From the sequence record SRR22947725_4321: 41,541 nt of DNA, one strand, 5' to 3'. The notes below the pieces were generated by a model. It had not been told where the DNA came from and did not search any database. It saw only the letters and a program-made list of their open reading frames with translations. Each line of letters begins with the position of its first letter. Positions within the stretch are counted from its first letter, which is position 1. Of the stretch, positions 7,559-17,195 are shown piece after piece. A program made the translations under genes and the position numbers.

Positions 7559-9043
7559 ATGGCGACCGGTGAGCTTTCCGAACGCTCGTTGGGCTGGCTG
7601 CGATACCTGCATCGCAAGGCGCATACGCCCGACGACTGGTCGCGCGGTGGCCAGCCACATGCGCACTGGGATGACCGCTCGGACCCACCGATGGCCAGCT
7701 GGCACCGCTTCGATCTCGTCGATTCGGCCTACGCCATGGGGCTCATGGCGCACCGCACACCGGCATGGACCGAGCCGTATGTCGCGATTCTCGATCAACT
7801 GATCGACCGCCACACTGGCTGGTGGTCGGCGGCGGACTGGCTGACGCAGTTCGGCCACGACCCCGATCAGGCCAACTACCCCGACCTGTATCGGCTGTTC
7901 ATCCCGCCCGAGCTGTGGGGCGAGTACGACGTGCCGGGTTGGACCGCCAATGGCACCGAGCCGTACGGCGTGCAGATGGACCCCGTCGCGGCGGACGGGA
8001 TGTTGTTCTACAAAGGCTTCTTCCTCGTCCTGCTTGGCATCAGGTCGATGGTCGCCAACGGTCCGATCGACGAGGATCGCTGGAACGAGCCGTTCGAGAT
8101 GATCCGCGATGGTGAGCACACCTTCACCTGGACGCACTCCGAGATCGCCGACCATTTGCGACGGCAGTGGCTGGCAGCACCCATTGGGTGTCATTGAGAA
8201 AACACCAAGGTCTGGCCATTTTGACTGGCCGGAGCTGGCCTCGGTCTGAGGCTGCACGACAATCGACACGACACAGATCACGCTGCAGCGGCGTTCGATC
8301 CGTGGTGGAACTATGCCCGCGAGCACTACCTCGACTTGGCGGCCGACGTCGAGCCGACGATGACGACGCTGTATTACGACCCGGTGCTCGATGTGCACCA
8401 TCGTCTGCCCGTCAGTCTCGCAATGACCACGGCGTACTACGCGATGCCGCAGCACCCGAAGGATGCACGACGACTCTTCGACGCTGCGTGTGCGGCGATG
8501 GGTCTCGACCGCGAGATCGAGATGACGCTCAACCCGAGCCGGAACTATGGCTCGGCCCTGGTGATGGCCAAGGAGTGGGGTCTCGACGACATCGTTGAAC
8601 GAGTGTCGGCGGCCGTCGACGCGTCGTTTGAGCCGACCTGGGACACCACACGGGGCGAGTTCACGTGGGGCATGGGTCTGGGCGAACCGCATCCCCGCGG
8701 TCAATTCAACGCTTTTCTTGCCGCCGCAGAGGCAGCGGGCCCGGGGCGGTGGACAGCGCTGTCAGCGGCACCTCTTGCACCATGCCCACAGATCGTCGAC
8801 GTCGACTTCCCAAGCGTGGCGTTGACGCGGGCGGAGTGGCACGGAGAGACCCTGTTGCTCACGATCGATCCTCTTGAGCCCGACGCGAACGCGTGGACCG
8901 AGTTTCGTATCGTTGGCGTCGAGCCTCGCCGCTGGTCGGCCAATGGCATCGAAGGTGCCACGACCGACGTACAGAGCAACTCCGTTGTTGTCCGTCTGCC
9001 ACGCGTTGCCGGCAATCTCGAGTTCATGCCCAGCAGTGACTGA
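7559..9043 (+). CDS. linalool dehydratase/isomerase (LinD/Lis)-like protein, predicted di-selenoprotein (U213, U222), 494 aa
   Basis: Track ORFs 7307-8197 and 8336-9043 are in one frame, interrupted only by TGA at 8195-8197 and 8222-8224: PIGCH-U-ENTKVWPF-U-LAGAGLGLRLHDNRHDTDH. Also DPVAADGMLFYKG, WWNY..HYLD and TLYYDP. These resemble the LinD segments DPI...IMYKG, GIVCEPDNYFVQC and YDRLHGTDY as I recall them. Confidence 0.8.
8198..8222 (+). promoter_or_regulatory. candidate bacterial SECIS for the first UGA of the LinD-like gene
   Basis: AAAA..CCA-AGGTC-TGG..TTTT. Weak hairpin with GGTCT starting at +12 after the UGA. Confidence 0.4.
8225..8254 (+). promoter_or_regulatory. candidate bacterial SECIS for the second UGA of the LinD-like gene
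   Basis: Stem TGGCCTC(8236-8242)/GAGGCTG(8248-8254) with loop GGTCT starting at +19, the same loop sequence and spacing as the E. coli fdhF SECIS. Confidence 0.7.
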
Positions 9044-9125
9044 TCTCCCGGAGTCGGTGATTTCTCAGGCCTCTCGAGCGGGCGTTTCGCCGGCAGGGAT
9101 CACGTGAATGAGGCAGACTGGGGTG

Positions 9126-9296
9126 GTGAACGACGAGGTGGACCGGACCGATGTACTGGGTCGCGCGGCCACCGCTGACCGGCTCGATGGATTGGCCGAC
9201 GTCGCCGAACTCATGGATGATGTCGACGGTGCGGTGAGGCTCCGCTGCCAGGCGTCCGAGCTCCGTGTCGCAGCGATGCGGCTGCTTGATGAGTGA
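9126..9296 (+). CDS. small hypothetical helical protein
   Basis: Fills the intergenic gap, has plausible codon usage, and its 3' end overlaps the next start. The start codon (9108, 9123 or 9126) is uncertain. Confidence 0.5.
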   Translation: MNDEVDRTDVLGRAATADRLDGLADVAELMDDVDGAVRLRCQASELRVAAMRLLDE

Positions 9297-11670
9297 TGAA
9301 CCTGCCGGGTCGAACGATCAAGCTGGCGCAGTGAGTCCCACGCCAGACCTGGAGACGCTGCGCAGCATCGAGCAGCGCGTGCTGTGGCTTGCGACGCGGA
9401 TCATCGACCACGCGAACTCGCGCAGCGCGACCGATGTGAAGGTTGGCGGTCACCAGGCGTCGAGTGCCTCGATGGCGTCGATCATGACGGCGCTGTGGTT
9501 CGCGCACTTGAACGGCAATGACAAGGTTGCCGTCAAGCCGCACGCCTCGCCGGTGTATCACGCCATCAAGTACCTCACTGGTGAGCTCGACCGGTCCTAC
9601 CTCACGACCCTGCGTCAGCGCGGCGGTCTGCAGGCCTACCCGTCGCGCACCAAAGACCCTGACGTCTCTGATTTCTCGACCGGCTCAGTCGGTCTTGGCG
9701 CGGTCGCACCGCTCTTCTCGGCGCTCACCCGTCGTTATGTCGAGTCTCATTTCGGAGAGCAGCCGCCCGCACGCTTCATTGCGCTCGTCGGCGACGCCGA
9801 GCTCGATGAGGGCAACGTTTGGGAAGCCATTGCCGACCCTGCCACGCAGGAGCTCGGCAATTTCACGATGGTCATCGACCTGAACCGTCAGAGCCTGGAT
9901 CGAGTGATCCCCGACATCGCAGCCGCGCGACTGAAACGGTTCTTCGCCGACGCCGGCTGGCACGTCGCTGAAGCGAAGTACGGCAGCCGACTCAGCGCTG
10001 CGTTTGCCGAGCCGGGTGGCGATGCGCTCGAGGCACACATCGACTCGATGCCGAACGAGGCGTATCAGGAGCTGTTCGCGCTGGAGGGTGCTGACGTCCG
10101 CCACAAGTTTCTCGTTGACGCAGGCGAGACGGTGCGCAATTTTGTGGGCGATCTTGATGACGCTGAGCTCAAGCATCTGGTCACTGACTTGGGCGGTCAT
10201 GATCTGGGGCTGCTTGTCGACACCTTCCGCGAATGTGATGCCACACCGGAGCAACCCTCGGTGGTGTTTGCGTACACGATCAAGGGTCACGGCCTCCCGA
10301 TGGCGGGTGACCCGATGAACCATGCCGCGCTGCTGTCGCCCGATCAGGTTGATGCGTTTCGCCGCGAACTCGGGCTTGATGACAGCACGGAGTGGGATCG
10401 TTTCGATGCCAACTCGCCAGAAGGTCGACTCTGTCGCGCGGTCGGCGGCGATATCAACAACGCGCCACCCACGCCGCGCCCGGTCCTCCCGGTGCCGACC
10501 GCTGCTCGCTCGACGGTCACCAACGGCGCCACGTCAACTCAAGAGGCGTTCGGTCGTGTCCTGGCCTCGCTCGCGGACGTGGAGGGTGTTGGTGATCGCC
10601 TGATCACGACCGCGCCCGACGTGTCGATCTCGACCAACCTCGGCGGCTTCATCAACAAGCGCGGCGTCTATTCCCACGCTGAACGTGACGATCATGGCGG
10701 CGCCGACCGACTGCTGAAGTGGGCGCCCGGACCGACCGGTCAACACATCGAACTCGGCATCAGCGAGATGAATCTGTTCATGTTGCTCGGCCAGCTCGGA
10801 CTGAGCCACGATCACCACGGTCAGCATTTGCTTCCCGTCGGCACGGTGTACGACCCGTTTGTACTGCGCGGGCTCGATGCGTTGATCTATGGCATCTACA
10901 ACGACGCGAAGTTTGTTGTTGCGGGTACGCCCGCAGGCGTCACGCTCGCACCCGAAGGCGGTGCGCATCAGTCGACGATCACCGCGTCGGTGGGTGCGGA
11001 ACTGCCGAACATCACCTACTTCGAGCCGGCTTACGCGAGTGAGGTCGACTGGCTGCTCTGTGACGCTCTCGATCAGCTCAGCCGCCCCGACGGGACGAGC
11101 GGCTATCTCCGGCTGTCGACGCGGCCGATCGATCAGGCACCGTTCGCGAATGTGTTGGCGATGATGGGAGAAGAGCGGCTGCGGTCCCAGGTGCTGGCCG
11201 GCGGCTATCGCCTTGTCGACGGTCCGGAAGACGGCCGACCCGGCGTCACGATTGCCACGACGGGTGCCATGGCACCCGAGGCGCTTGCCGCGGCGGCAGA
11301 ACTCGACAGCGAAGGAGTGCAGGCAACTGTCGTCCACCTCACCAGTCCGGACCGGGTCTACCGCAGTTGGCGCGCCGGGTTTGCCCGGTCCGCGGCGACG
11401 GCGCGCGTCGTCCGCGCACCCAGCCAGCTCCACCGGCTCGTACCAGCCGCAGAGCGACGCCGACCGGTCGTCAGCGTGCACGACGCGGCCAGCCACAGCT
11501 TGGCGTGGATCGGCTCGGCGCTCGGCACTCGCCAGTACACCCTCGGTGTTGATCGTTTCGGCGAGTCAGGCACCATTGCTGACCTGCACGAACTGACCGG
11601 CATCGATGCCGGAAGCATCGTCAACGCCGCGCTGATCGCCGTCAGCGAAGTCGATCCCTACGACGACTGA
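9289..11670 (+). CDS. AceE-like homodimeric 2-oxoacid (pyruvate) dehydrogenase E1 / transketolase-like TPP enzyme
   Basis: KVGGHQASSAS, KPHASP, STGSVGLG, TPP motif GDAELDEG...N, ELGISEMN, EGGAHQS, LGVDRFGESG. Confidence 0.88.
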   Translation: MSDEPAGSNDQAGAVSPTPDLETLRSIEQRVLWLATRIIDHANSRSATDVKVGGHQASSASMASIMTALWFAHLNGNDKVAVKPHASPVYHAIKYLTGELDRSYLTTLRQRGGLQAYPSRTKDPDVSDFSTGSVGLGAVAPLFSALTRRYVESHFGEQPPARFIALVGDAELDEGNVWEAIADPATQELGNFTMVIDLNRQSLDRVIPDIAAARLKRFFADAGWHVAEAKYGSRLSAAFAEPGGDALEAHIDSMPNEAYQELFALEGADVRHKFLVDAGETVRNFVGDLDDAELKHLVTDLGGHDLGLLVDTFRECDATPEQPSVVFAYTIKGHGLPMAGDPMNHAALLSPDQVDAFRRELGLDDSTEWDRFDANSPEGRLCRAVGGDINNAPPTPRPVLPVPTAARSTVTNGATSTQEAFGRVLASLADVEGVGDRLITTAPDVSISTNLGGFINKRGVYSHAERDDHGGADRLLKWAPGPTGQHIELGISEMNLFMLLGQLGLSHDHHGQHLLPVGTVYDPFVLRGLDALIYGIYNDAKFVVAGTPAGVTLAPEGGAHQSTITASVGAELPNITYFEPAYASEVDWLLCDALDQLSRPDGTSGYLRLSTRPIDQAPFANVLAMMGEERLRSQVLAGGYRLVDGPEDGRPGVTIATTGAMAPEALAAAAELDSEGVQATVVHLTSPDRVYRSWRAGFARSAATARVVRAPSQLHRLVPAAERRRPVVSVHDAASHSLAWIGSALGTRQYTLGVDRFGESGTIADLHELTGIDAGSIVNAALIAVSEVDPYDD

Positions 11671-11721
11671 CTCGCAGCTCGCCGGGACGGGTGGTCGTGA
11701 CGGCGATGGTCGGGTGCACGA

Positions 11722-12162
11722 TTACAACCACATGTAGGTCGTTGTCGAGCTCGCTGCGCGTTTGCCGTTTGGCAGGAAGAGATCGATCTGACCGAAGACA
11801 AGTGAGCGACCGGGTTTGGTGACATTTGCATCGAAGGTCACGGTGCCGATGTCTTCGGGTACGCCGCGTTCGAAGTTGGTGTTGAGGGACACTGTCGTGA
11901 AGCTGCGGTCTGGCTGATCGAGCGACATCATCACGAACACCATTCCGGTGTCCATGCAGCCGAGAATCGCCTGGCCACACATCACGCCGCCGCCATGCGT
12001 GATGTGATCGACAACGTCGACTTCGAACCGCACGCGTCCAGTCGCCGCGTGGACGATCCGCAGGTCGAGGTCGTGCATGATTCCGGCGCCCCCTTCGGCA
12101 AAGTTCTCCGAGATGCGTTCGATCATGGCGGGGTCGGATTCGGCGACGTCAGTGGTGTTCAC
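11722..12162 (-). CDS. PaaI-family hotdog-fold thioesterase
   Basis: HGGGVMCGQAILGCMDTGM, TTVSLNTNF, KPGRSLVFG. GTG at 12162 estimated. Confidence 0.8.
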   Translation of the reverse strand: MNTTDVAESDPAMIERISENFAEGGAGIMHDLDLRIVHAATGRVRFEVDVVDHITHGGGVMCGQAILGCMDTGMVFVMMSLDQPDRSFTTVSLNTNFERGVPEDIGTVTFDANVTKPGRSLVFGQIDLFLPNGKRAASSTTTYMWL

Positions 12163-12207
12163 GCGTCGGACATTAACGATGGGACCCGGTCTGGCTACGG
12201 TTCCGGC

Positions 12208-12876
12208 GTGCAGCTCAATACCATCCGCCGCGGATCCGGCGACCCGATTGTCTTCATTCACGGTATGGGGACCGCCGCGTCGACCTGGGACGCGTGCGCG
12301 GAAGCGCTTGCTGACCGGTACCTGACAATCGCTGTCGATTTGCCTGGTCATGGGGATTCACCGTGTCCAGAGGATCGAACGGCGTTCACCCGCGACGCGG
12401 CGCTTGCTGACCTCGACCTCGTGCTGGCCGGACTTGGTGGTCCTGCGGTCCTGGTTGGTCATTCACTCGGCGGTTACTTGGCGCTGGCCCACGCGGCGAC
12501 TCGGCCCAATGTGGCGCGCGGCATTGTCGTGCTGAACACCGGTCCGGGCTTCCGCGACCCTGAGAAGCGGGAAGGCTGGAACGATCGTTCTCGCCGCAAC
12601 GCCCATCGGTTCGGTGTGCCCGAACGCGTCGTTGATTTGAACTTGCAGCAGGACTCGGTGGTGATGGATCGACTCGCGGAGACGACCACGCCAACGCTCG
12701 TTCTTGCGGGTGGCGCCGATCGACCGGAGTACACCGGCTCGGGCCAGTACCTCGAACGCAAGATGCCTGACGCCAGGCTCGTCGTCCTCGATGGCGGCGG
12801 CCATTCGATGCACGAAGACACCCACGCCATCGAAGTCGCCACTCTCGTCGCCGACTTCACCGCCGCCCTCCCCTGA
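12208..12876 (+). CDS. alpha/beta fold hydrolase
   Basis: IVFIHG, DLPGHGDS, nucleophile elbow GHSLGG, GGADR, GGGHSMH. Confidence 0.9.
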   Translation: MQLNTIRRGSGDPIVFIHGMGTAASTWDACAEALADRYLTIAVDLPGHGDSPCPEDRTAFTRDAALADLDLVLAGLGGPAVLVGHSLGGYLALAHAATRPNVARGIVVLNTGPGFRDPEKREGWNDRSRRNAHRFGVPERVVDLNLQQDSVVMDRLAETTTPTLVLAGGADRPEYTGSGQYLERKMPDARLVVLDGGGHSMHEDTHAIEVATLVADFTAALP

Positions 12877-12996
12877 CCTCCCCGACGTTGCCGAAAAATG
12901 TAGGGAAATCGTCGGTGAGCGATGCTCTTCCTACATTTTTCGGCGTCGGTGGTGCGGGGTTCGTCGATGCGGGTGCCGAGTTGCGAGACTTCGGAG

Positions 12997-13446
12997 ATGC
13001 CGTCGATCTATTTCGAAGACTTTGCAGTCGGGCGCGTGTTCGAGCTCGGGTCGGTCACGGTCACCGAGGAATCGATCATCGAGTTCGCCACCCAGTTTGA
13101 TCCACAGTCGTTTCACGTCGACCCCGAAGCTGCTGTCGATTCGTCGTTCGGGGGCCTGATCGCCAGCGGTTGGCAGACCGGCTCGCTGTGGATGCGGCTG
13201 TACGCGGATGCGCTGCTGCTCGATGCGGACAGCCGTGGATCTCCGGGCATCGAAGAGGTCCGCTGGCGAGCGCCGGTTCGCCCAGACGACACGCTGACCG
13301 GAACGACGACTGTTGTTGACGCGCAACCCTCAAGCAAGGACCCGACGCGTGGCACTGTGTTCATCGAGTCGGCGATGACAAATCAGGACGGTGTCGTCGT
13401 GATGACGATGAAGTCGCGTGGCATGTTCGGTCGTCGCGCGGCCTGA
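12997..13446 (+). CDS. MaoC-family dehydratase
   Basis: YFEDF.VG, FATQFDPQSFHVD, FGGLIASGWQT, VRWRAPVRPDDTL. Confidence 0.9.
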   Translation: MPSIYFEDFAVGRVFELGSVTVTEESIIEFATQFDPQSFHVDPEAAVDSSFGGLIASGWQTGSLWMRLYADALLLDADSRGSPGIEEVRWRAPVRPDDTLTGTTTVVDAQPSSKDPTRGTVFIESAMTNQDGVVVMTMKSRGMFGRRAA

Positions 13447-13527
13447 CGCTGCGATCTCAGCCGTTTGCGTCCGGATTTTTGTGCACCGGTCCGCATCAAT
13501 CGCGACGCAAACGGGGTGGGCGTGATC

Positions 13528-15225
13528 TCAGGAACGGCCCGAACGGAGGACGCCACCGGGGCGAGCGCCGGTTGGTTCGCCGTCGTCGAAGGTGACCTCG
13601 CCGGACTTGATCGTGTACCTGTAGCCATCGACGGCTTGCAGCAGGCGCCGCCCGCCAGCAGGGAGGTCGTGCACCATCTTCGGTGCGTGCAAGTACAGGT
13701 TGTCGAAGTCGATGACGTTGATATCGGCGACCTTGCCCGGCAGGAGACGACCGCGATCAGTCAGGCCGTAGGCATCGGCCGTCTTCGACGTCTGGAGTTG
13801 CACGACACGCTCAAGCGGGAGTTTCTCGCCTCGGCTGCGATCGCGGGCCCAGTGTGTAAGCAAGTACGTCGGAAAGCTTGCATCGCAGATGAGGCCGCAA
13901 TGCGCGCCGCCGTCAGAGGCACCGGGCACGGCTGCGGGATGGTCGAGCATTTCACGAATGACATCGTGGTTGTGCTCGTGATAGTTGCCGAGCGGGCTGA
14001 ACATGAACGCTTCGCCGTCGGCTTCGACCAGCCAATCGAGCACCACCTCGCCCGGGTGGCGGCCTTCGCGTTCACCGATCGCCGCGGCGCTCGCCTCGAG
14101 CGGTGGCTCGTAGTCCGGAGGATCGCCGAGCCGGTACATCTGCGACCAGTTGGTGGCCATGTAGTGGGCAAACCGGTTCTCAGTGAAGGGGTCTTCGGAC
14201 AGCAACCGTTGGCGAACATCGGGATGGCAGAGCATCGCAGCGCGCTCGGCCAGCGGGAGGTCGCGGATCTTGCGATAGCTCGGGTGAGCGATGAACGGGT
14301 GGAACGAACTCTGCAACCCGTACAACATGCCGGTGGGCCGCACAGCGACCTGCGGGGTCATCGGCGAGCCGGCCTCGGTGTTGGCGAGGGCACCGTCGAG
14401 CACCGCACGGAATGCTTCGGGTGCGGCGGGAGTCTGTGCCAGCGTGAATGTGGTTGGGCAGCCCAGTGCGGTGAGCGTGTCGAGCCATGGCTCATCCCCA
14501 CCAGTTCCCTGATCGTCCGAGACGTACTGGAACACTGCATGGCCTGAGTCGCGCACGGCTTCGCCAATTGCGATGACCTCGTCGGGAGTCGAATGAGTGC
14601 CGGGCACAAGGCCGTGCTTCGACGTGTGGAGAAACGTGCGTGAGGTCGAGAACCCGAACGCGCCGGCAGTGAGTGCATCGTGAGTGATGTCGACCATCTG
14701 CTCAATCTCCGCAGCGGTGACGTCGTACTCGTGGGCACGTTCGCCGAGCACGTAGGCGCGGACTGCTGCGTGGGGGAGTTGTGCACCGACGTCGATCGTG
14801 CGGGGCATCACCTCAAGAGCATCGAGGTACTCGCTGAAGCTCTCCCAGTTCCAGGTGATGCCTTCGTTGAGGGCGCTGCCGGGGATGTCTTCGACGCCTT
14901 CCATGAGCTCGATGAGAAATTCGTGTGCGTCGGGACGGACTGGAGCAAAACCGACGCCGCAGTTCCCCATGATGACTGAGGTGACTCCGTGCTGGCTCGA
15001 GGGTGCCATGACGGGATCCCAGCTGACCTGACCGTCGTAGTGGGTGTGCACGTCGACCCAACCGGGTGTGACGATGTGATCTGCGGCATCGATTTCACGG
15101 GTGCCGGCTTCGGTGATGTCACCGACTGCGGTGATCACGCCGCCGTCGATGGCGATGTCGGCGCGCCGAGGAGCTGAACCGGTTCCGTCCACGACGAGAC
15201 CGTTGCGAATCACGAGATCATGCAT
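13528..15225 (-). CDS. N-acyl-D-amino-acid deacylase-family amidohydrolase
   Basis: [56 protein letters not shown]. Confidence 0.92.
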   Translation of the reverse strand: MHDLVIRNGLVVDGTGSAPRRADIAIDGGVITAVGDITEAGTREIDAADHIVTPGWVDVHTHYDGQVSWDPVMAPSSQHGVTSVIMGNCGVGFAPVRPDAHEFLIELMEGVEDIPGSALNEGITWNWESFSEYLDALEVMPRTIDVGAQLPHAAVRAYVLGERAHEYDVTAAEIEQMVDITHDALTAGAFGFSTSRTFLHTSKHGLVPGTHSTPDEVIAIGEAVRDSGHAVFQYVSDDQGTGGDEPWLDTLTALGCPTTFTLAQTPAAPEAFRAVLDGALANTEAGSPMTPQVAVRPTGMLYGLQSSFHPFIAHPSYRKIRDLPLAERAAMLCHPDVRQRLLSEDPFTENRFAHYMATNWSQMYRLGDPPDYEPPLEASAAAIGEREGRHPGEVVLDWLVEADGEAFMFSPLGNYHEHNHDVIREMLDHPAAVPGASDGGAHCGLICDASFPTYLLTHWARDRSRGEKLPLERVVQLQTSKTADAYGLTDRGRLLPGKVADINVIDFDNLYLHAPKMVHDLPAGGRRLLQAVDGYRYTIKSGEVTFDDGEPTGARPGGVLRSGRS

Positions 15226-15330
15226 GCTCCATTGTCGCGATTCGTCAGACCATCCGCCGAGTCGAGTCCCATGTGTTCCCCGGCTGGCGGGATGATGGGA
15301 GGGCGAAAGGGAGGGAGACCACGCGGAGGG

Positions 15331-16176
15331 CTAGAGGCCGCGGCTGACGGGCCAGAGGTCGGGGAAGTCGGCGGGGCGCTGTTCCATCTGGGCCGTGAAG
15401 GCCTCGGCCATGTCATCGGTGTCGAACATCGAGGCATTCCAGTTGGCGATGTACTCCAAGCCATCGGCAATCGAATGCTCCTGGCTGTACTGCATCGACT
15501 TCTTGGTACCCCACACAGCCATCGGGCTCTTGCTGGCAATCTCGGCGGCGATCTCGTGGACTCCCGACAGCAACGCTTCCTGGTCGGCGAAGACCTGGTT
15601 GACGAACCCCGCGGCCAACGCTTCATCGGCCGACCAGCGGCGGCCGGTGTAGGCGAGCTCGCGCACGATGCCTTCCGCGACGAGCCGGGGCATGCGTTGC
15701 AGCGTGCCGACATCGGCGGTCATCCCGATGTTGATTTCGGCGATGGAAAAGTAGGCCGACTGGGACGCGTAGCGAAGATCAGCAGCTGAGACCATGTCGA
15801 TGGCGCCACCAACACAGGCGCCCTGAATTGCGCAGAGCACCGGCATTCGCGCCCGCTCCAGGGCAGTGAACGAGTCCTGCAACTTCATCGCAGTCGAGCG
15901 GAATCTTTCGCCTCGGCGGCTCGGGTGCTTCCGGCCATCGCTGTCGGACAGCGTTGGGTCAGATTGGAAGACCGACAGGTCCATGCCCGAGCAGAAATGC
16001 TTGCCCTCAGCGGACAGGACGACGGCGCGCACCGAGCCCGACGCCGACATCTCGTCGACGATGGCGGGGAGGTCGTTCCAGAACGAGGCGATCATCGAGT
16101 TCGCCTTCTCCGGTCGGTTCATCTTGATGTGACCAACCTTGTCGGTGATCTCGATGTCAAAGCACTCATGTCCCAT
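15331..16176 (-). CDS. enoyl-CoA hydratase/isomerase (dienoyl-CoA isomerase-like crotonase)
   Basis: NRPEKANSM, GKHFCSGMDL, GACVGGAIDM, ADVGTLQRMP. ATG at 16176. Confidence 0.92.
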   Translation of the reverse strand: MGHECFDIEITDKVGHIKMNRPEKANSMIASFWNDLPAIVDEMSASGSVRAVVLSAEGKHFCSGMDLSVFQSDPTLSDSDGRKHPSRRGERFRSTAMKLQDSFTALERARMPVLCAIQGACVGGAIDMVSAADLRYASQSAYFSIAEINIGMTADVGTLQRMPRLVAEGIVRELAYTGRRWSADEALAAGFVNQVFADQEALLSGVHEIAAEIASKSPMAVWGTKKSMQYSQEHSIADGLEYIANWNASMFDTDDMAEAFTAQMEQRPADFPDLWPVSRGL

Positions 16177-16267
16177 GCGCTGAGTTTGGCAGAGCATCGA
16201 CGGCAGCTGCAGATTGTGCGTCTGGACTGAGTCGGCAGCGGCGCTTGTCGGCCTGCATTCATTGGCG

Positions 16268-17122
16268 ATGGACTGGTTGGATGCCCCGTCTACGATCGGC
16301 GTCATGGCCGTGCCGTTCGACGATGAGGTGCCGCGCGACTCGTTCGTCGAGTCGGTCAATCTCGTCACCGGTGAGTCATCGGAGATCGGGATCGGTGTGG
16401 AACGCATCGGCCTGGCGGTCTTGCAACGATCGAGACAAGCAGTGTGCGTCACTGATGCACAGATCAACCGTCCAGGACCCACGATCTCCTTCGTCAATAG
16501 TGCATACACGGAGATCTTTCGCTGCGACGCCAACCAGGCGATCGGAAGGTCGCCGCGGGTGGGACAGGGTCCGCTCACGAACCGGCGCGTTCTTGATCGA
16601 CTTCGAGCCCACATCGAGGCGGGCGAATCGGTGCAGGCTCAGGCGATCAACTACCGATTTGATCGAACGGCCTTTCGACTTCGCTGGAGTATCGATCCGA
16701 TGACGCGTGATGGACTCGTTGTGGGGTTCTTTGCACTGTTGCACGACGTCACCGCCGAGGATCGAATGCGGCGGCGCCTCGCCGCACTCGACACGCTGAT
16801 GAACCGCGGCAAGGTGGCCTCACGGCTCGATCGCGCCGAGCGGCTCGGCCCCGTCGCCCAAGCCTTGGCGAGTGCGCTCCGCCCGCTCGTCGCCGAAATC
16901 GGATCGGCAACGGTTCGACTGGGTGATGCTCATGAGGCGACCCAGATCGATGCGGACGTGCTCGAAAATTGTGTTCCCGACGTCGTCGAGACGGCGATCG
17001 GTTCGATCGGTTCGATCAGGGTGAGCACGCATCCGGACGCCGGCGCCTTGGTCGACCACCTTGCAATCGGTGAGCTGGGCGAACACGCTCGCTGGCTGCT
17101 TGAACTCGGCGAACCAGGCTGA
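16268..17122 (+). CDS. PAS (degenerate LOV-like) domain protein without a recognisable output domain
   Basis: VTDA....PTISFVNSAY, IGRSPRVGQGPLT, INYRFD..AF, HDVT. The start codon is uncertain. Confidence 0.7.
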   Translation: MDWLDAPSTIGVMAVPFDDEVPRDSFVESVNLVTGESSEIGIGVERIGLAVLQRSRQAVCVTDAQINRPGPTISFVNSAYTEIFRCDANQAIGRSPRVGQGPLTNRRVLDRLRAHIEAGESVQAQAINYRFDRTAFRLRWSIDPMTRDGLVVGFFALLHDVTAEDRMRRRLAALDTLMNRGKVASRLDRAERLGPVAQALASALRPLVAEIGSATVRLGDAHEATQIDADVLENCVPDVVETAIGSIGSIRVSTHPDAGALVDHLAIGELGEHARWLLELGEPG

Positions 17123-17160
17123 TCTTGACGAAGGCTTGCAGGAACAAATCCAACCGCTCA

Positions 17161-17190
17161 GGGAACCGAGCGTCGAGACTGGACGTCTGA
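17161..17190 (+). promoter_or_regulatory. candidate ECF sigma-factor promoter
   Basis: GGAAC-N17-CGTC ending 8 nt before the ATG of the beta-propeller lipoprotein gene. Confidence 0.45.
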
Positions 17191-17195
17191 TCCCT

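Noticed and set aside
7559-9043. Reading the LinD-like locus as a pseudogene or as two separate genes
   Set aside because: There is no frameshift, both stops are TGA at the two catalytic Cys columns, SECIS-like hairpins follow, and other UGA-at-Cys genes occur in the same window.
13465-14547. 360-aa plus-strand ORF and similar long antisense ORFs (7355-8704, 18447-19523, 23515-24816, 25336-26595, 28076-29128)
   Set aside because: Shadow frames opposite well-supported genes, expected in high-GC DNA, with no recognisable motifs.
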